DNA of 64,000 nt from Hemiscyllium ocellatum (lineage: Eukaryota), in contig NC_083409.1 in NCBI RefSeq assembly GCF_020745735.1, positions 11,711,052 through 11,775,051 of the forward strand, in the 5' to 3' direction. Under the pieces are notes generated by a model. It saw only the letters and a program-made list of their open reading frames with translations. It searched no databases and was not told where the DNA came from. Each line of letters opens with the position of its first letter. Position 1 is the stretch's first letter. The translations under genes were made by a program, and so were the position numbers. Shown here piece by piece: positions 1 to 13,345 of the stretch.

Positions 1-238
1 TCCTTCCCTGTTAGGCCTCTTGCATTTGTTCCCGCCTGCCCTGACTCTTTGACTTGCCTTTGTTCTCAACTATACCAATCTCAGATTGAAATATTTCCTC
101 ACTATCTCCCTGGGTCCCTCCCACCCATCTTACTAGTTTAAATCCTCCCAAGCAGCTCTAGCAAACTCCCTGCCAGTATATTAATCCCCTTCCAATTTAG
201 GTGCAATCCGTCCTTCTTGTACAGGTCACTTCTACCTC

Positions 239-895
239 AAATTTGCCACCCAGGTAAATAGTGCTGTGAGGAAGGCATATGGTGTACTGGGCTTTATTGG
301 TAGAGGAATTGAGTTCCGGAGTCCTGAGGTCATGTTGCAGTTGTGTAAGACTCTGGTGTGGCCTCATCTGGAGTATTGTGTGCAGTTTTGGTCGCCATAC
401 TATAGGAAGGATGTGGAGGCATTGGAACGAGTGCAGAGGAGGTTTACCAGGATGTTGCCTGGCATGGTAGGAAGATCATATGAGGAAAGGCTGAGGCACT
501 TGGGCCTGTTCTCATTGGAGAAAAGAAGGTTTAGGGGAGATTTGATAGAGGTGTATAAGATGATTCGGGGTTTAGATAGGGTAGACACTGAGAACCTTTT
601 ACCGCTAATGGAGTCAGCTGTTACTAGGGGACACAGCTTTAAATTAAGGGGTGGTAGGTATAGGACAGATGTTAGGGGTAGATTCTTTACGCAGCGGGTT
701 GTGAGTTCATGGATGCCCTGCCAGTAGCAGTGGTGAACTCTCCTCTTTATGGTCATTTAAGCGGGCATTGGATAGGCATATGGAAGTTATTGGGCTAGTG
801 TAGGTTAGGTAGGATTTTGGTCGGCGCAACATCGAGGCCGAAGGGCCTGTACTGCGCTGTATTTTTCTATGTTCTATGTTCTATGTTCTATTTAA
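239..895 (+). mobile_element. Young 5'-truncated CR1-type LINE 3' end with (TTCTATG)n tail, inserted into ORF1 of an older CR1
   Basis: RT C-terminal motif LVWPHLEYCVQFWSP...LERVQRRFTRM; the host ORF1 esterase sequence resumes on the other side. Confidence 0.9.
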
Positions 896-1699
896 AACAG
901 CTTCCAAAGATTCAAAAATGTGAATCCTTCTCCATACACCAGCTCCTTAGCCATGCATTCATCTGCTCTATCCTACTATTCCTGCCCTCACTAGCTCATA
1001 GCACTGGGGGTAATTTAGATATTACTACTCTCGAGGATCTCCTTTTTAACTTCCTGCCTAACTCTCTGCAATCTACCTTCAGAATCTCAACCTTTTCCCT
1101 TCCTATGTCGTTGGTTCCAAAGTGTACAATGACCTCCTGCTGGTCCCTCTCCACCTTAAGAACATTTTGCACCCTCCCTGAGACATCCTTGATCCTGGCA
1201 CCAGGGAAGCAACACAACATTCTGGCTTTTCACTGCTGGCCACAGAAACATCTGTCTGTACCTCGGGCTAGAGAGTCCCCTAATACAGTCGATCATTTGG
1301 AACCCGACATACGTCCCATTACATTAGAGCCAGTGTCAATACCAGGAACTTGGCTGCTCATGCTAAGTACCCCTGAGTTTCCATGACTCCCTACATTTTC
1401 CAAAGCAGCATACTTGTTTGAAATGGGAATAGCCACAGAAGACACCTGCACCTCTCTGGCCTTTCCTGAAGTTATGGTAAGAGCCCATGGGATCCAAGGC
1501 ATTTTGGCAAATTGGATCCAAATATGAGGCAAAGAGTAATGGTGGAGGGTTGTCTTTGTGATTGGAAGCCTGTGACCAGTGGTGTAAGACAGGGATTGGG
1601 GCTGGGACCCTTGCTGTTTGTAATGTACATTAACAAATTGACTGTGATTGTATAATTCAAAAGTTTTCAGAGGCCACATAAATTGGTGGTGTTATTGAT

Positions 1700-2455
1700 A
1701 TTGATTTGATTTTTATTTTAGTGTATTGTCACGTGTACTCGAGTGCAAAAGTATTGGAGTACAGTGAAAAGTATGTAACGTCACCTCACAAGGTGCCATC
1801 TTAGGTACAAGGACCTCAGTACAGAATCGTAAGAACAAGGTAGAAAGAAAGAATAAAGTTCAAAGTTACACGTTGCAGATCTTTTTAGTTTTAAGTAGAA
1901 AATGAAGAAATAAAGCTGAAAGTTCAAGCATTAAAGCCTTTCTTTAGAACTTAGCAACCATGGGATCATACTTTAAGTAATCATCTCGAGACCAGAAGTC
2001 CGGGCTGAGGCCTTCCCTGGTGGAGAGACCACCATTACAGAAAGGACCACTATGTGGGCTGAGAGACACCCACTCTGGGCCACTCAGAGATCGCCACACT
2101 AGGCCGAGTGACCATCACGCTGGGCTGACAGTCTAGCATGCTGGGCTGACAGGCCACCATATTGAACTGAGAGGCCATCATGTTGGACCAAGAGTCTGTC
2201 TCGTTGGGCTGGAAGATCTCCCTGCCAGGCCAGGACACTGCCACACCAAGCCAGGAGGCCACATCATTAGGTCTGCACTAGGTCAGAGGCCTGGTGACTG
2301 AGGCTGGGAGTCGTGCCCAGGAGAAGAAATAAGGGAGAAGGACAAAAGAAAAACACAAAAGAAAAGGAAAAGAGAAGTGGAATAGAAAGAAGAAAAGGAA
2401 ACAGACGAAGCAGATGAACTCGGGCTGAAGCATCCTACTCTGCTGCCATCTTGGA
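1700..2455 (-). mobile_element. About 750-bp non-autonomous retroelement inserted in a CR1 RT fragment (second copy about 49885-50645)
   Basis: The minus strand starts CAAGATGGCAGC, has an internal degenerate repeat of about 21 bp, and ends ...TACACTAAAATAAAATCAAATCAA. CR1 RT is continuous on both sides. Confidence 0.6.
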
Positions 2456-3109
2456 TGACTGGGTCTCAGGCTAGAGTCTGATATTGGTCAGCTGGTAACT
2501 TGGGCAGAGCAATGGCAGATGTAATTTAATCCTGATACCTCTGAGGTGATCTAACTTGGGAGGTCTAATAAGGTAGGATATCACAATGAAAGGCATGTGC
2601 CTTGAGTGTCCTCATGCATGAATCACAGAGGGTTGGTCTACAGGTACAATAAATAATTAGGAAGGCAAATGGAATTTTGTCCTTCATTGCTAAAGGGATT
2701 GAGTTTAAAAAGCGGGAATGTTATGTTGCAGCTGTACAGGGTGTTGGTGAGGCCACCTGGAGTACTGCGTGCAGTAATAGTCTCCTTACTTGAAAAAGGC
2801 AATATTGGCACTAGAGAGGTGCAGAGTTCACTAGGCTGATTCGGGGTGGAGGGGGTTGGCTTATGAAGGGAGACTGCATCGACTGGGATATATTCATGGG
2901 AACTTGAAGAATGAGGGGGGAACCTTATAGAAACAAATAAAATTATAAAGATAATAGATAAGACAGAAGTAGAGAGGATGTTCCCACTGGCAGGTTGAAA
3001 CTAAAACAGGAGGGTTTAGCCTCAGAATTAGGGTGAGCAAATTTCGGATGAATTGAGAAGGAACATCTTCATCCAGAGGGTCATAAATCTATGAAATTCT
3101 TTGCTCAAT

Positions 3110-3122
3110 NNNNNNNNNNNNN
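3110..3122. other. Assembly gap (13 N)
   Basis: Run of 13 N. Confidence 0.99.
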
Positions 3123-4344
3123 CTCACAAACCTTATTGAGTTTCTTTGAGAAGGTGACTAAGGTGGTGGACGTGGGTAAAGCAGTTAGATGTTGTGGTAT
3201 GTGGATTTTAGTAAGGCGTTCGATAAGGTACCCATGTAGGCTAATGCAAAAACTACGGAGGTATGGCATGAGGGTGCTTAGAGGTTTGGATTAGAAATTG
3301 GCTGGCTGGAAGGAGACAGAGGGTAGTAGTTGATGGTATAGGTTATCTTGGAGTGCAGTTACTAGCGGTGTACCTCAAGGATCTGTTTGGGACCATTGCT
3401 TTTTGTTATCTTTATAATGATCTAGAGAGGGGCTTGAAAGCTGGGTGAGTAAGTTTGCGGATGACACAAAAGTCGGTGGAGTTGTGGATAGTGAGGAAGG
3501 ATGTGGCAGGGTTACAGCGGGTATATAGACAAGTTGCAAAGCTGGCAGAAAGGTGGCAAATGGAATTCAATGTAGCTAAGTGTGAAGTCATTCACTTTGG
3601 TAGGAGTAACAAGAAGATGGATTACTGGCTAATGGTAGGCTACTTGGTAGTGTGGATGAGCAGAGGGATCTTGGTGTCCATGTACACAGATCTCTGAAAG
3701 TTGCCACCCAGGTAATAGTGCTGTGAGGAAGGCATATGGTGTACTGGGCTTTATTGGCAGAGGAATGAGTTCCGGAGTCCTGAGGTCATGTTGCAGTTGT
3801 ATAAGACTCTGGTGCGGCCTCATCTGGAGTATTGTTGTGCAGTTTTGGTGGCCATACTATAGGAAGGATGTGGAGGCATTGGAACGAGTGCAGAGGAGGT
3901 TTACCAGGATGTTGCCTGGTATGGTAGGAAAATCGTATGAGGAAAGACTGAGGCACTTGGGGCTGTTCTCATTGGAGAAAAGAAGGTTTAGGGGAGATTT
4001 GATAGAGGTGTACAAGATGATTAGGGGTTTAGATAGGGTAGACACTGAGAACCTTTTACCGCTAATGGAGTCAGCTGTTACAAGGGGACACAGCTTTAAA
4101 TTAAGGGATGGAAGGTATAGGACAGATGTTAGGGGTAGATTCTTTACACAGCGGGTTGTGAGTTCATGGAATGCCCTGCCAGTAGCAGTGGTGAACTCTC
4201 TCTCTTTATGGTCATTTAAGCGGGCATTGGATAGGCATTTGGAAGTTATTGGGCTAGTGTAGGTTAGGTAGGATTCGGTCGGCGCAACATTGAGGGCCGA
4301 AGGGCCTGTACTGCGCTGTATTTTTCTATGTTCTATGTTCTATG
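3123..4344 (+). mobile_element. Young CR1 LINE (RT 3' 1.2 kb), same subfamily and (TTCTATG)n tail, running into the gap
   Basis: FADDTK-type RT core, C-terminal ORF 3723-4262, near-identical to 239-895. Confidence 0.92.
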
Positions 4345-4629
4345 CTGTGGGAAGGGAACTGTTGCCTCTCAATGACAAAGCCAATGGAAGGATGTGGAGC
4401 TGGCAATGTGAAATGTTAGTGCACAGAGGATGACACCAGAAGCAATTCAATGTTGTCACTCTCTGCTTTGCAATTGCTAAACTGGTAATAATTGGTTTTT
4501 GCTCACAATTTGGTCTCTTGTATTCGATCCACTTGCCTTTCTTGCTTTGCTTCTTTTGACTTGAGTCTGTGGGTAGCTCCATCAAAACCCAATTCCCTCA
4601 CTCTCATCCAGGCCCCTGAAGAGATTAGA

Positions 4630-4900
4630 GACAAAAGAAAGTGCAAATGCTGGAATCCAAGGTTGACAAGCAGGAGGCTGGGAGAACACAGCAAGCCAGG
4701 CAGCATCAGGAGGTGGAGAAATCAATGTTTTGGCTGTAATCCTTCTTCAGGAATGGGGGTGGGTTGGGAGGTGGGGGAATGATGGGGGAGCTGCAGATAA
4801 AGGGAGTAGTGGGGGGCAGGGTGGTGAGATGGGGATAGGTGAAGGTAGGTAGAGGATTGGTTGATGGGAGGGATGAATACAAATTACTCTCCCATCGACT
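4630..4900 (-). mobile_element. Penelope-like element terminal fragment
   Basis: Matches the terminus of the Penelope copy at 14460-14700; absent from the paralogous arm. Confidence 0.65.
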
Positions 4901-5739
4901 AATCAGGTCATATTCTCTACCATTCTCAACCTATCCCTACCTCAACACCCTGCTCCGCCCCATTCCCTTTATCTCCTTTTCCAATCTTTCCTCATCACAG
5001 CCCACTCATTCCAGGGATCAATCGGGTAAAATTCCTGCGAACCACCTCCGATGCATTTATATTCTTCCTTCAATAAGGAGACCAAAACTACCCTCAGTAT
5101 TTGAGATGTGGTCACACCAATGTCCAGGAATAACTGAAACATCGCAGTCTCACTTTCTGGTCCTTAAGCACGTTTACACTCTCTTGTACCAGGCTTTTTA
5201 CTGTCCATCTCTAATTGCCCTGGACCTGGTGGTGATTAGCTCCCATCTTGAACCCCTGCAGTCAGTCTGCTGTTGGTAGACCCACAATGTCATAGGAGGG
5301 GAATTCCAGGATTGTGACCCAGTGATGATGTAGGAACTGCTTCATATTTCCAAGTCAAACTGGTGAATGACTTGGAGAGGAACTTGCTGGGGTGATGGTC
5401 CCGTGTACCTGCTGTCCTTGTCCAAATATCAGTGGTCATGGGTTTGGAAGCTGTTGTCTCAGGATCTTTGGTGAATCTCTGCAGTGCATCTTGTAAATAG
5501 TACACAGAGCTGTTACTGAGCGTCAGTGTGGGGGAATGCATGTGTGTGAATGTGGTTCCAATCAAGTGGGTAAACTTGTTTTCAACAAAATTTAAATAAA
5601 ATAATATAAAACAGCATAAAATTAAATAAAATATAATTTTGCTGCCTTTTTGATAAAACATCACTGAACCCAAAAAGTTAAACCTCCTCTCCCACAGAGG
5701 CTGCACCTGTTCCCTTTCTCCAGCATCGTGCTTCTATTT

Positions 5740-5990
5740 GAGATTTGCAGTATTTTGTTTATGTATCTGTTTAATGCCATTGGTTATAAGAGAAGCATTG
5801 GTCAGCACACTGGGGAGATTTTCCCTGAGATGGTCACAAAGCCCTTATATTCACATCGACCAGAGAGGGCAGTGGTTTAACCGATCATCCAGCAGATGGC
5901 ATCTTTGCCTTTGCCAGCCTCAGGACAGTGCTCCAGTGTCTGGAGTGGGGCTTGAAACCTGCAGGTTCAGGTGACGGTGTTATCACTGAA
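5740..5990. promoter_or_regulatory. Conserved 3' element, inverted paralogous copy
   Basis: CCAGCAGATGGCA on + at 5889-5901; reverse complement of 16920-17165. Confidence 0.4.
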
Positions 5991-6489
5991 CCCATCTATT
6001 CTTTTCTGGGATGTGGGAGTCACTGGCAAGACCAGCATTTGTTCCCCATCCCTACCTGTCCTGAAACTGAGTGGCTTCTTTAGCCTTTTAAATGGCAGGT
6101 AAGGGTCAGCCACATTACTGGAGTGCTGTTTTGTACATTCTGTGATACATGGAGACTCTGTCAGTATTGGGTATCGCAAGGTATGTTCCCTCCATTGAAC
6201 ACTTTCCAACACACTCTCTCCATCTTTCTTTACTCCTTATTGACTCTTCTACAATTGTCCCTGTTCCCCTACTCCATCCCGGTCTCAGAGGGATTGATGG
6301 CCGGAGTTCATGACCCCGCACTGTGTGAAGGTTGGTGTGAAGTGAGGCCAGTGTGTTGGAGATTGGGCTCCTGCCTCAGGACCAGGTGTTGGGGCCTGTT
6401 CAACAATCTGCACATTGTCCTTTTCCTCTTTCTGAATGAACTGGATCAAGTTGCAGTAACGAGCTGGCGACAAGGTGTCTTGTCTAAAA

Positions 6490-7590
6490 TGTTTCCAGCA
6501 TTGGGCACAGAACTGGCTGAGTAGGAGGAGACAGAGGGCAGTGATGGGGGGATGGTTTTCAGAATGGAGGGCTGTGACTCGTGGTGTTCCACAGGGAACT
6601 CTGCTGTATATGGTCTACATAAATGATTTGGAGGAAAGCGTAGCTGGTCTAATTAGTAAGTTTACAATTGATACAAAGATTGGTAGAAGTGCAGAGAATG
6701 AGAAGGATTATCTAGGATATGGCAGGATAGAGATGCTTGGACAGAAAAATGGCAGGTGTAGTTTAATCCAGACAAATGTGAGGTGATGCATTTTGGAAGG
6801 TGATGTACAGGTGGGAATTATACAGTGAATGACAGAATCCTTTGGAGTATTGATATGCAGAGGGATCTGGGTGTGTATGTCCACAGATCACTGAAGGTGC
6901 CAGCACAGGGAGGTAAGGCAGTAAAAAAGGCTGATGGCCTGGTTGCCTTCATTGGAAGGGGCATTGAGTGTAAGGATAGACAAGTTATGCTGCAGCTTTA
7001 TAGAACTTTAGTTCGGCCACACTTGGAATAGTGCACACAGTTCTGGTCGCATAGAACTGCACACAGTCCAAAAAGAAGGATGTGGATGTTTTGAAGACGG
7101 TGCAGAAAATGTTTACCAGGATATTGTCTGGTATGGGGGGATTGTAGTTCTGAAGAAAGGTTGGAGAGACTGAGTTTGTTTTCACTGAAATGCAGGAAAA
7201 TGAGGTGCGTCCTGATAGAAGTTTACAGAGTTGTGAATGGGATAGGCAGAGTGGAAATTATGAGACTTTTTCCCAGGGTGGAGGGGGTCAAATACTAGGG
7301 GACGCATGTTCAAGGTGCAGGGGTTTGGGGGAATTCATTGTAAAGAGGTGTACAAACCAAGTATTTCACACAGAGGAAGTTGACTACCTGGAACACACAG
7401 CCAGAGGAGGGGGTGAAAGCAGACACAATAGAAGTATTCAAGAAATTCCTGCACTAATGCATGAATAGGAAGGGAATAGAGGGATATGAATCCTGTCGAT
7501 GAAGATAGTTTCAGTATAGAAGGGCAAAATGTATCAGCACAGGCTTGGAGGGCCGAAGGGCCTGTTCCTGTGCTGTATTGTCCCTTGTTC
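6490..7590 (+). mobile_element. Decayed CR1 RT and 3' end (inside the left palindrome arm)
   Basis: RQRAVMGGWFSEWRAVTRGVPQG and LVRPHLE motifs; mirrored at about 9770-10770 on -. Confidence 0.85.
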
Positions 7591-8170
7591 TTTGGTCCCT
7601 GCTGTTGAATTGGATTCTCGGGAGCCAGCTCCATATGAAGAGCCTGTTCTCATTCTTTTGTTGGAGTTCATGGGGCAGCTGCTGCTTCCTTGTTACGTCA
7701 CTGATCAAACCAACAATGGGGAAAGCCTCTTGATATTTTAAATACACTGTCTGCAGGAAAATGTTTGGCTGAGGTTTTAATATTGTTTAATAAGATAATG
7801 ACATCAATACATCAGTGTTCTTTACGGCTGGGAGCATTTAACATCATAGTCCTTGTTTCAAGTGGACTCTCACTCATGATAATACAGTTTTCAATGTTTC
7901 TCTCCCTTTATGTGTTACGAAGAGATTTGCCAACATGTTTTGGTGAGGACAGTGCATCTTCATTGGAGGATTGGAAGATGATATCTTCAGGACACACACA
8001 CTAAACAACCCCACCATCCTGTGGCCGACCATTTCAACTCCCCATCCACTTGCTAAGGATATGCAAGTCCCTAGGCCTACTCCACCGCCAAATTGAAGCC
8101 ATCTAACAACTGGAGGAAGAACACCACATCTTCCACCTTGAGACCCTCCAATGACACGGAATGAATGTTA

Positions 8171-8790
8171 TAGAGTCATAGAGTCATAGAGATGTACAGC
8201 ATGGAAATAGACCCTCAGTCCAACCCATCCATGCCGACCAGATATCCCAATCCAATCTAGTCCCACCTGCCAGCACCCGGCCCATCTCCCTCCAAACCCT
8301 TCCTATTCATATACCCATTCAAATGCCTCTTAAATGTTGCAATTGCACCAGCCTCCACCACATCTTCTGGCAGCTCATTCCATACACATACCACCCTCTG
8401 CATGAAAAGGTTGCCCCTTAGGTCTCTTTTGTATCTTTCTCCTCTCACCCTAAACCTATGCCCTCTAGTTCTGGACTCCCCAACCACTGGGAAAAGATGT
8501 TGTCTATTTATCCTAATCATGCCCTTCGTAATTTTGTAAAACTCTATCAGGTTATCACTCTGCCTCTGATGCTCCAGGGAAACAGCACCAGCCTGTTCAG
8601 CCTCTCCCTGTAGCTCCGATCTTCCAACCCTGGCAACGTCCTTGTAAATCTTTTCTGAACCCTTTCAAGTTTCACAACATCTTTCCAATAGGAAGGAGAC
8701 CAGAATTGGATGCAATATTCCAGCAGTAGCCTAACCAATGTCCTGTACAGCCGCAACATGACCTCCCAACTCCTGTACTCAATACTCTGA
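8171..8790 (-). mobile_element. CR1 3' end nested in a Penelope fragment (about 7990-9100)
   Basis: LVRLLLEYCIQFWSP and YKRDLRGNLFMQRVV motifs; (CTATGACT)n tail. Confidence 0.85.
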
Positions 8791-9769
8791 ATGTTGATGT
8801 TACTTGTTTCCTCATCTCCACTCCCCCAGCTTATCCCAGGTCCAACCCTCCAACTCGGCACCACCCTTTTGAACTGTCCTACCTGTCCATCTTCCTTCCC
8901 ACCTATCCACTCCACCCTTCACTCTGACCTATCACTGTCACCCCCCCACCTCCACGTACCTATTGCAATCTTCATTACATTTTCGCCAGCCCCAATTCCC
9001 TCCCATTTATCTCTCGACTCCTCACTCCCTCCTCTCCATTCCTGATGAAGAGCTTATGCTCAAAATGTCGACTCTCCTGCTCCAGGGATTCTGCCTAACC
9101 AGCGCTACATGATTTCATTCTGTGCTGTGGTAACAGTGTGTTAAAGCCCAGTGCAGGTCATCCGTCATCTCAATCGGAGCACAGGGTCTAAGGTGGGTCA
9201 GTAATGTCTGGCCCCAGAACAATAACACTGACTGACTGGAGACAACCCAGATCAAGTCCCAGTGAGAGTGTTATTGACCTTCACACTCAAAGCCCACCAA
9301 GGAGGTGGTTGTTGTTAGTTTCAATGTTGCCACAGATTAAATTCTCCCAGAGATTCATAATTCATTCCAGATTTTAAACAAGGGAGGGATGTTGTGGGGA
9401 GACAGATGGGAAGGCATGGAGAGGAAACAAAAAGGAGAGAGAATTGCACTTCTGTTACACTGTTCATGAGCTCAGGATGTTCAAAGATGTTTTACAGCTA
9501 ATGGAGAAATTCCAAAGTCTAGTCATTGTTGTAATATGGGCGGGGGAATGACAGCTCCCCCGAACAGAAGGAATGCAAAAACTGCTATCACTATGAGAGT
9601 GGAAAGGTCGGATGGAGACAATGACAGTGACACCCTCCACAGAGAGAGAGGGGAAAGTACGCAGACACATTTAAAACTGTATTAACACAAGTGAGAAATC
9701 AAACAAACACCCACTTCATCATGAGTCTTCCTGCATTGTTGGTTTGAATCCAATTCAACAGCAGGGACC

Positions 9770-10770
9770 AAAGAACAAGGAACTATACAGCACAGGAACA
9801 GGCCCTTCGGCCCTCCCAGCCTGTGTTGACACATTTTGCCCTTCCTCACCGAAACTGTATTCACCTACAGGATTCATATCCCTCTATTCCCTTCTTTTCC
9901 GTGTATTCATCCAGGTATTTCTTGAATGCTGCTATTGTGTCTGCTTCCACCACTTCCACTGGCAGCGTGTTCCAGCCCTCACCACCGTTTGTGTGAAATA
10001 CTTACCTCACACATCTGTTTTAATTCCCCACTGCACCCACCCACCCCCTCCCACACCTTGTACCTGTGTCCCCTAGTAACTGACCCCTCTACCCTGGGAA
10101 AATCCCTCATATCAGACAGCATTCTTGGTACATTTTTTCAGTACCCTCTCCAAAGCATCCACATCCTTCTGGTCATGGTGACCAGAACCATATGCAATAT
10201 TCCAAGTATGGCCAAACTAAAGTTCAGTAAAGCTGCAGTATAACTTGTCTATCCTAATACTCAGTGCTCCTCCCAATGTAGCCAAGCCTGCCATTGCCTT
10301 TTTTACTACCTTAGGTGCTGCCACCATCAGTGATCTGTGAACATGTACACCCAGATCCCTCTGCATTTCAATACTCCAATGGATTCTGCCATTCACTGTG
10401 CAGGTATTCTGCCACGTGCTTCATCTTTCAAAATGCATCATTTCACATTTATTTGGATTAAACTTCATCTGCCATTTTCTATCCATGCGTCCAATTGATC
10501 TATGTCCTGCTGTATCCTCTGATAATCTGATCATTAACTGCAACTCCAGCAATCTTTGTGGCATCCACAAACTCATGAATTAGACTAGCCATGTTTTCGT
10601 CCAAATCACTTATGGAGACCATGGACAGCAAAGGTACCATCATTGATCCCTGTGAAACCCCACAAGACACAGCCCTCCATTCTGAAATCCATCCTTCCAT
10701 CACTACCCTCTGTCTCCTCTGACACAGCCAGTTCTGTATCCAATGCTGGGAACATTTTAGACAAGACACC
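9770..10770 (-). mobile_element. Decayed CR1 RT and 3' end (inside the right palindrome arm)
   Basis: ORF 10500-10769 with QRVVMEGWISEWRAVSCGVSQG...DATKI. Confidence 0.85.
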
Positions 10771-11219
10771 TTGTTGCCAGATCGTTACTGCAACTTGATC
10801 CAGTTCATTCAGAAAGAGACATAGGACAATGTGCAGATTGTTGAACAGGCCCCTACACCTGGGCCTGAGGGAGGGGCCCAAGCTCCAATACACTACACAT
10901 GAAATTTAAGACAGAGTGGGGTCATGACGTCTGTCCATATGTTCCTTTGGGACCGGAAAGGAGTGAGGAAATAGAGGCAATTGTAGAAGAGTCAATAAGG
11001 ATTAAAGCAAGATGGAGAGCGCTTTTTGGAAAGGGATTAGTGGAGAAAATATACTTTTTGCCACCCAACGTTGACATAGTCTCCGTGTATCACATCATGA
11101 ATAAAATAGCACACTGTGAGGACAATCAAAAGTTACACCAAAGTGCTTATTTTTGATATATCACAGCATGCAGAGCATTTTTATTGTGGTGCAATTAGGT
11201 ATCCTGGTTCAAAAGATGT

Positions 11220-11275
11220 TCTCTCTCTCTCTCTATCTCTCTCTCTCTCTCTCTGTCTCTCTGTCTCTCTCTCTT

Positions 11276-11308
<33 letters not shown>
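11220..11308 (+). repeat. (CT)n microsatellite
   Basis: Direct reading. Confidence 0.97.
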
Positions 11309-11310
<2 letters not shown>

Positions 11311-13345
11311 GTTTGTACAGATCCAGCTGGTTCGATCCTCACAGAGCCCCAGTTTATTTGGACTGTTCAGTAATGTGGAAATGTCGATGGTGGACTGGGG
11401 TACACCTGATAAAGGAGCAGCGCTTCAGAAGCTTGTGATTTCAAATGAATCAGTTGGGCTAGAACCTGGTGTAGTGTGTCCTCTGACTTTGTATTGTTCA
11501 GGCACAGTGAAACAGCTGCTTTCTAGTTACTATGGAGGACTTGCACAGCTGCTGAAGACTATGGGTAATGACTCCTTCCATTAGCTGCAAACACACCAGT
11601 AGTCATTCCAGTGGATTCCAGTGGGAATGACCAATCAGTTGCTTTGACCTAGTTCCCCAGTTAATCAGGCCATGGCTGACCTGGAATACATTCTCCCTTT
11701 GTCCTGTAAACCGTACTGCCCTGAGTAAATGGATATTGAAACCCAACCTCAACAGCTTTTTATTTTGGATTGAGGGTTCCAGATTTCCATCACTCTGTCA
11801 GAAAGAAATTTTCCTGAAATCGTCTGAATTACAATTTTAACAACCCTCTTGTTCTGGACTCTGGGACTGGAAAAAACAATTTACATCAACACTGTTCATC
11901 ACCTCTGGGGAAAAGTCTCACTGATGTAACCTGTTCTTTCTCATTACCAGTTTCTGATCTGAAGGTGATATCACAGGCTGGATACTGAGAGGGTGGATCC
12001 TGTTATCGGGCAGACGAGGACTGGAGGGCCGGTTTAACACAAACCAGTCTCCAGTTTAAAGGGAAGGAGGGGTTTTCTTGCTGAGGATTGATAGTCTGTG
12101 GAATTCTCTTCTCTACATGGGGATGGAGGTTCACTCATGGAGTTGGCACAAGGTTACAGTCGACAGACTTTTTGATGAACAAGGCAATTAAGGATAATGG
12201 GAGGGGGTGGGGAAGCAGAAAGTACGGGCGAGACCATAACCAGATGAGTAGTGATCTTCTTCATTGGCACAGCAGCTCCCAAAAGGCCTGCTCCTGCTCC
12301 TGGGCCCTATGTTCTGACAGAGGCTGCAGCAATTCTGGACCCCCATCTTTCCTTTGTCACTCACTGACAAAAATGTAATTTTAAAATGAAAATTATTTTT
12401 TTGAACAAGACCAACTCAATTCTAGTTGCAGTCATTTTCTTTGCTGGCTTTTAATTTCAACAGGGTTTCAGAAACACGTCATTTGCCTTATGTTGCAGTG
12501 GAGACAGACACAAGGCAGTGAGGCCTCAGAGAACACCGAGAGCTTTCACTCTGCACAACAAGGCTGTCAGCACAAGCATCTGGTGACAGGATTGTAGGGG
12601 GTTGAAAAGGAGAGAGTCACGGAGAAAAGAGACCTTATAGTTCAAAATAAAACCTCTTCCTATATTCCCACACTTTAATGAATTAATGTTAGAGGATTAG
12701 AAACCCAGAACGGTGAGAGTGTGCTGGCTCAGAGGCTAAAAGGCAGAGAGCAAGGAGCTGCATTATTCCTTCTCATTATTATTTCTGCTTCATCATTGGC
12801 AAGCTTCATAAATATTGCCCACCCCCAGTTGCTTGGACGAAGTTCTTTGCTGAGCCAGATCATGGGGTCATTAAAAATGGATCATGTCACAGTGGGGCAG
12901 GAGTCACAGACCAGGCACCCTCGCCAAAAGAACATTTGTGAACATCACATTGAATTTCATGTCTTTTTTTGTACAAATTCCAGCGCCTTCCTTTCCAGAT
13001 ATTACATGGCTCACCACCGCCCTCTCCAGGACAATTAGGGGAAGGCAACCAATAACCAACACGTCAACGCCCGCCCCATCCCGGGAGAAATCAGGAGAAA
13101 TGATGTAAAATTAAAATGATCAAACTGGTGAGGCTTGAATTCATCTCTTTGAAAGACTGGACTCTCGGTCAGAAACAGAGCCATGACATGGGTGAACCTG
13201 GTTTGTCAGACTGAAAGGTGGAGAGTCCTTTGGATTGACGCTGGGATCAGCAAAAAAATGAATTGCACTCAAAGATTGAACAAACAGCTATCAAAGTGGG
13301 TCACCAAACTGCAGAGTACAGCACTTGCAGCGATGCGTCCCCACC

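Larger units (their letters stand above)
1..3109 (+). repeat. Near-identical direct duplicate of 48185-51301
   Basis: Offset is 48184 at the start and the ORFs match (266/48450, 996/49183, 1293/49480, 2050/50237). Differences are mostly 1-bp indels that cluster toward the gap. Confidence 0.97.
4344..7620 (+). repeat. Left arm of an old inverted duplication of the cluster 3' flank
   Basis: Colinear reverse-complement matches: 4344-4625/18890-19171, 4980-6120/16770-17910 and 6120-7620/9740-11150. The chance ORFs 4340- and 18944+ both begin MMELxTDSSQKKQSKK. Confidence 0.9.

Noticed and set aside
3123-3780. Frameshifts in an otherwise young CR1
   Set aside because: They sit at a contig start next to the gap and are more likely consensus errors than biology.
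4340-4585. Paired ORFs MMELxTDSSQKKQSKK (4340- and 18944+) suggesting a small duplicated gene
   Set aside because: TTG starts, frames diverge by indels after about 35 codons, and there is no splice or domain evidence. The similarity just reflects the inverted duplication.
5298-5307. Perfect kB-like GGGGAATTCC
   Set aside because: It lies in old repeat-derived sequence and is not preserved in the paralogous arm (ATGGAATTCC near 17582).
11153-11584. Ser/Leu- and Arg/Glu-rich ORFs (also 56112-56553)
   Set aside because: Translations of (CT)n and (GA)n microsatellites.
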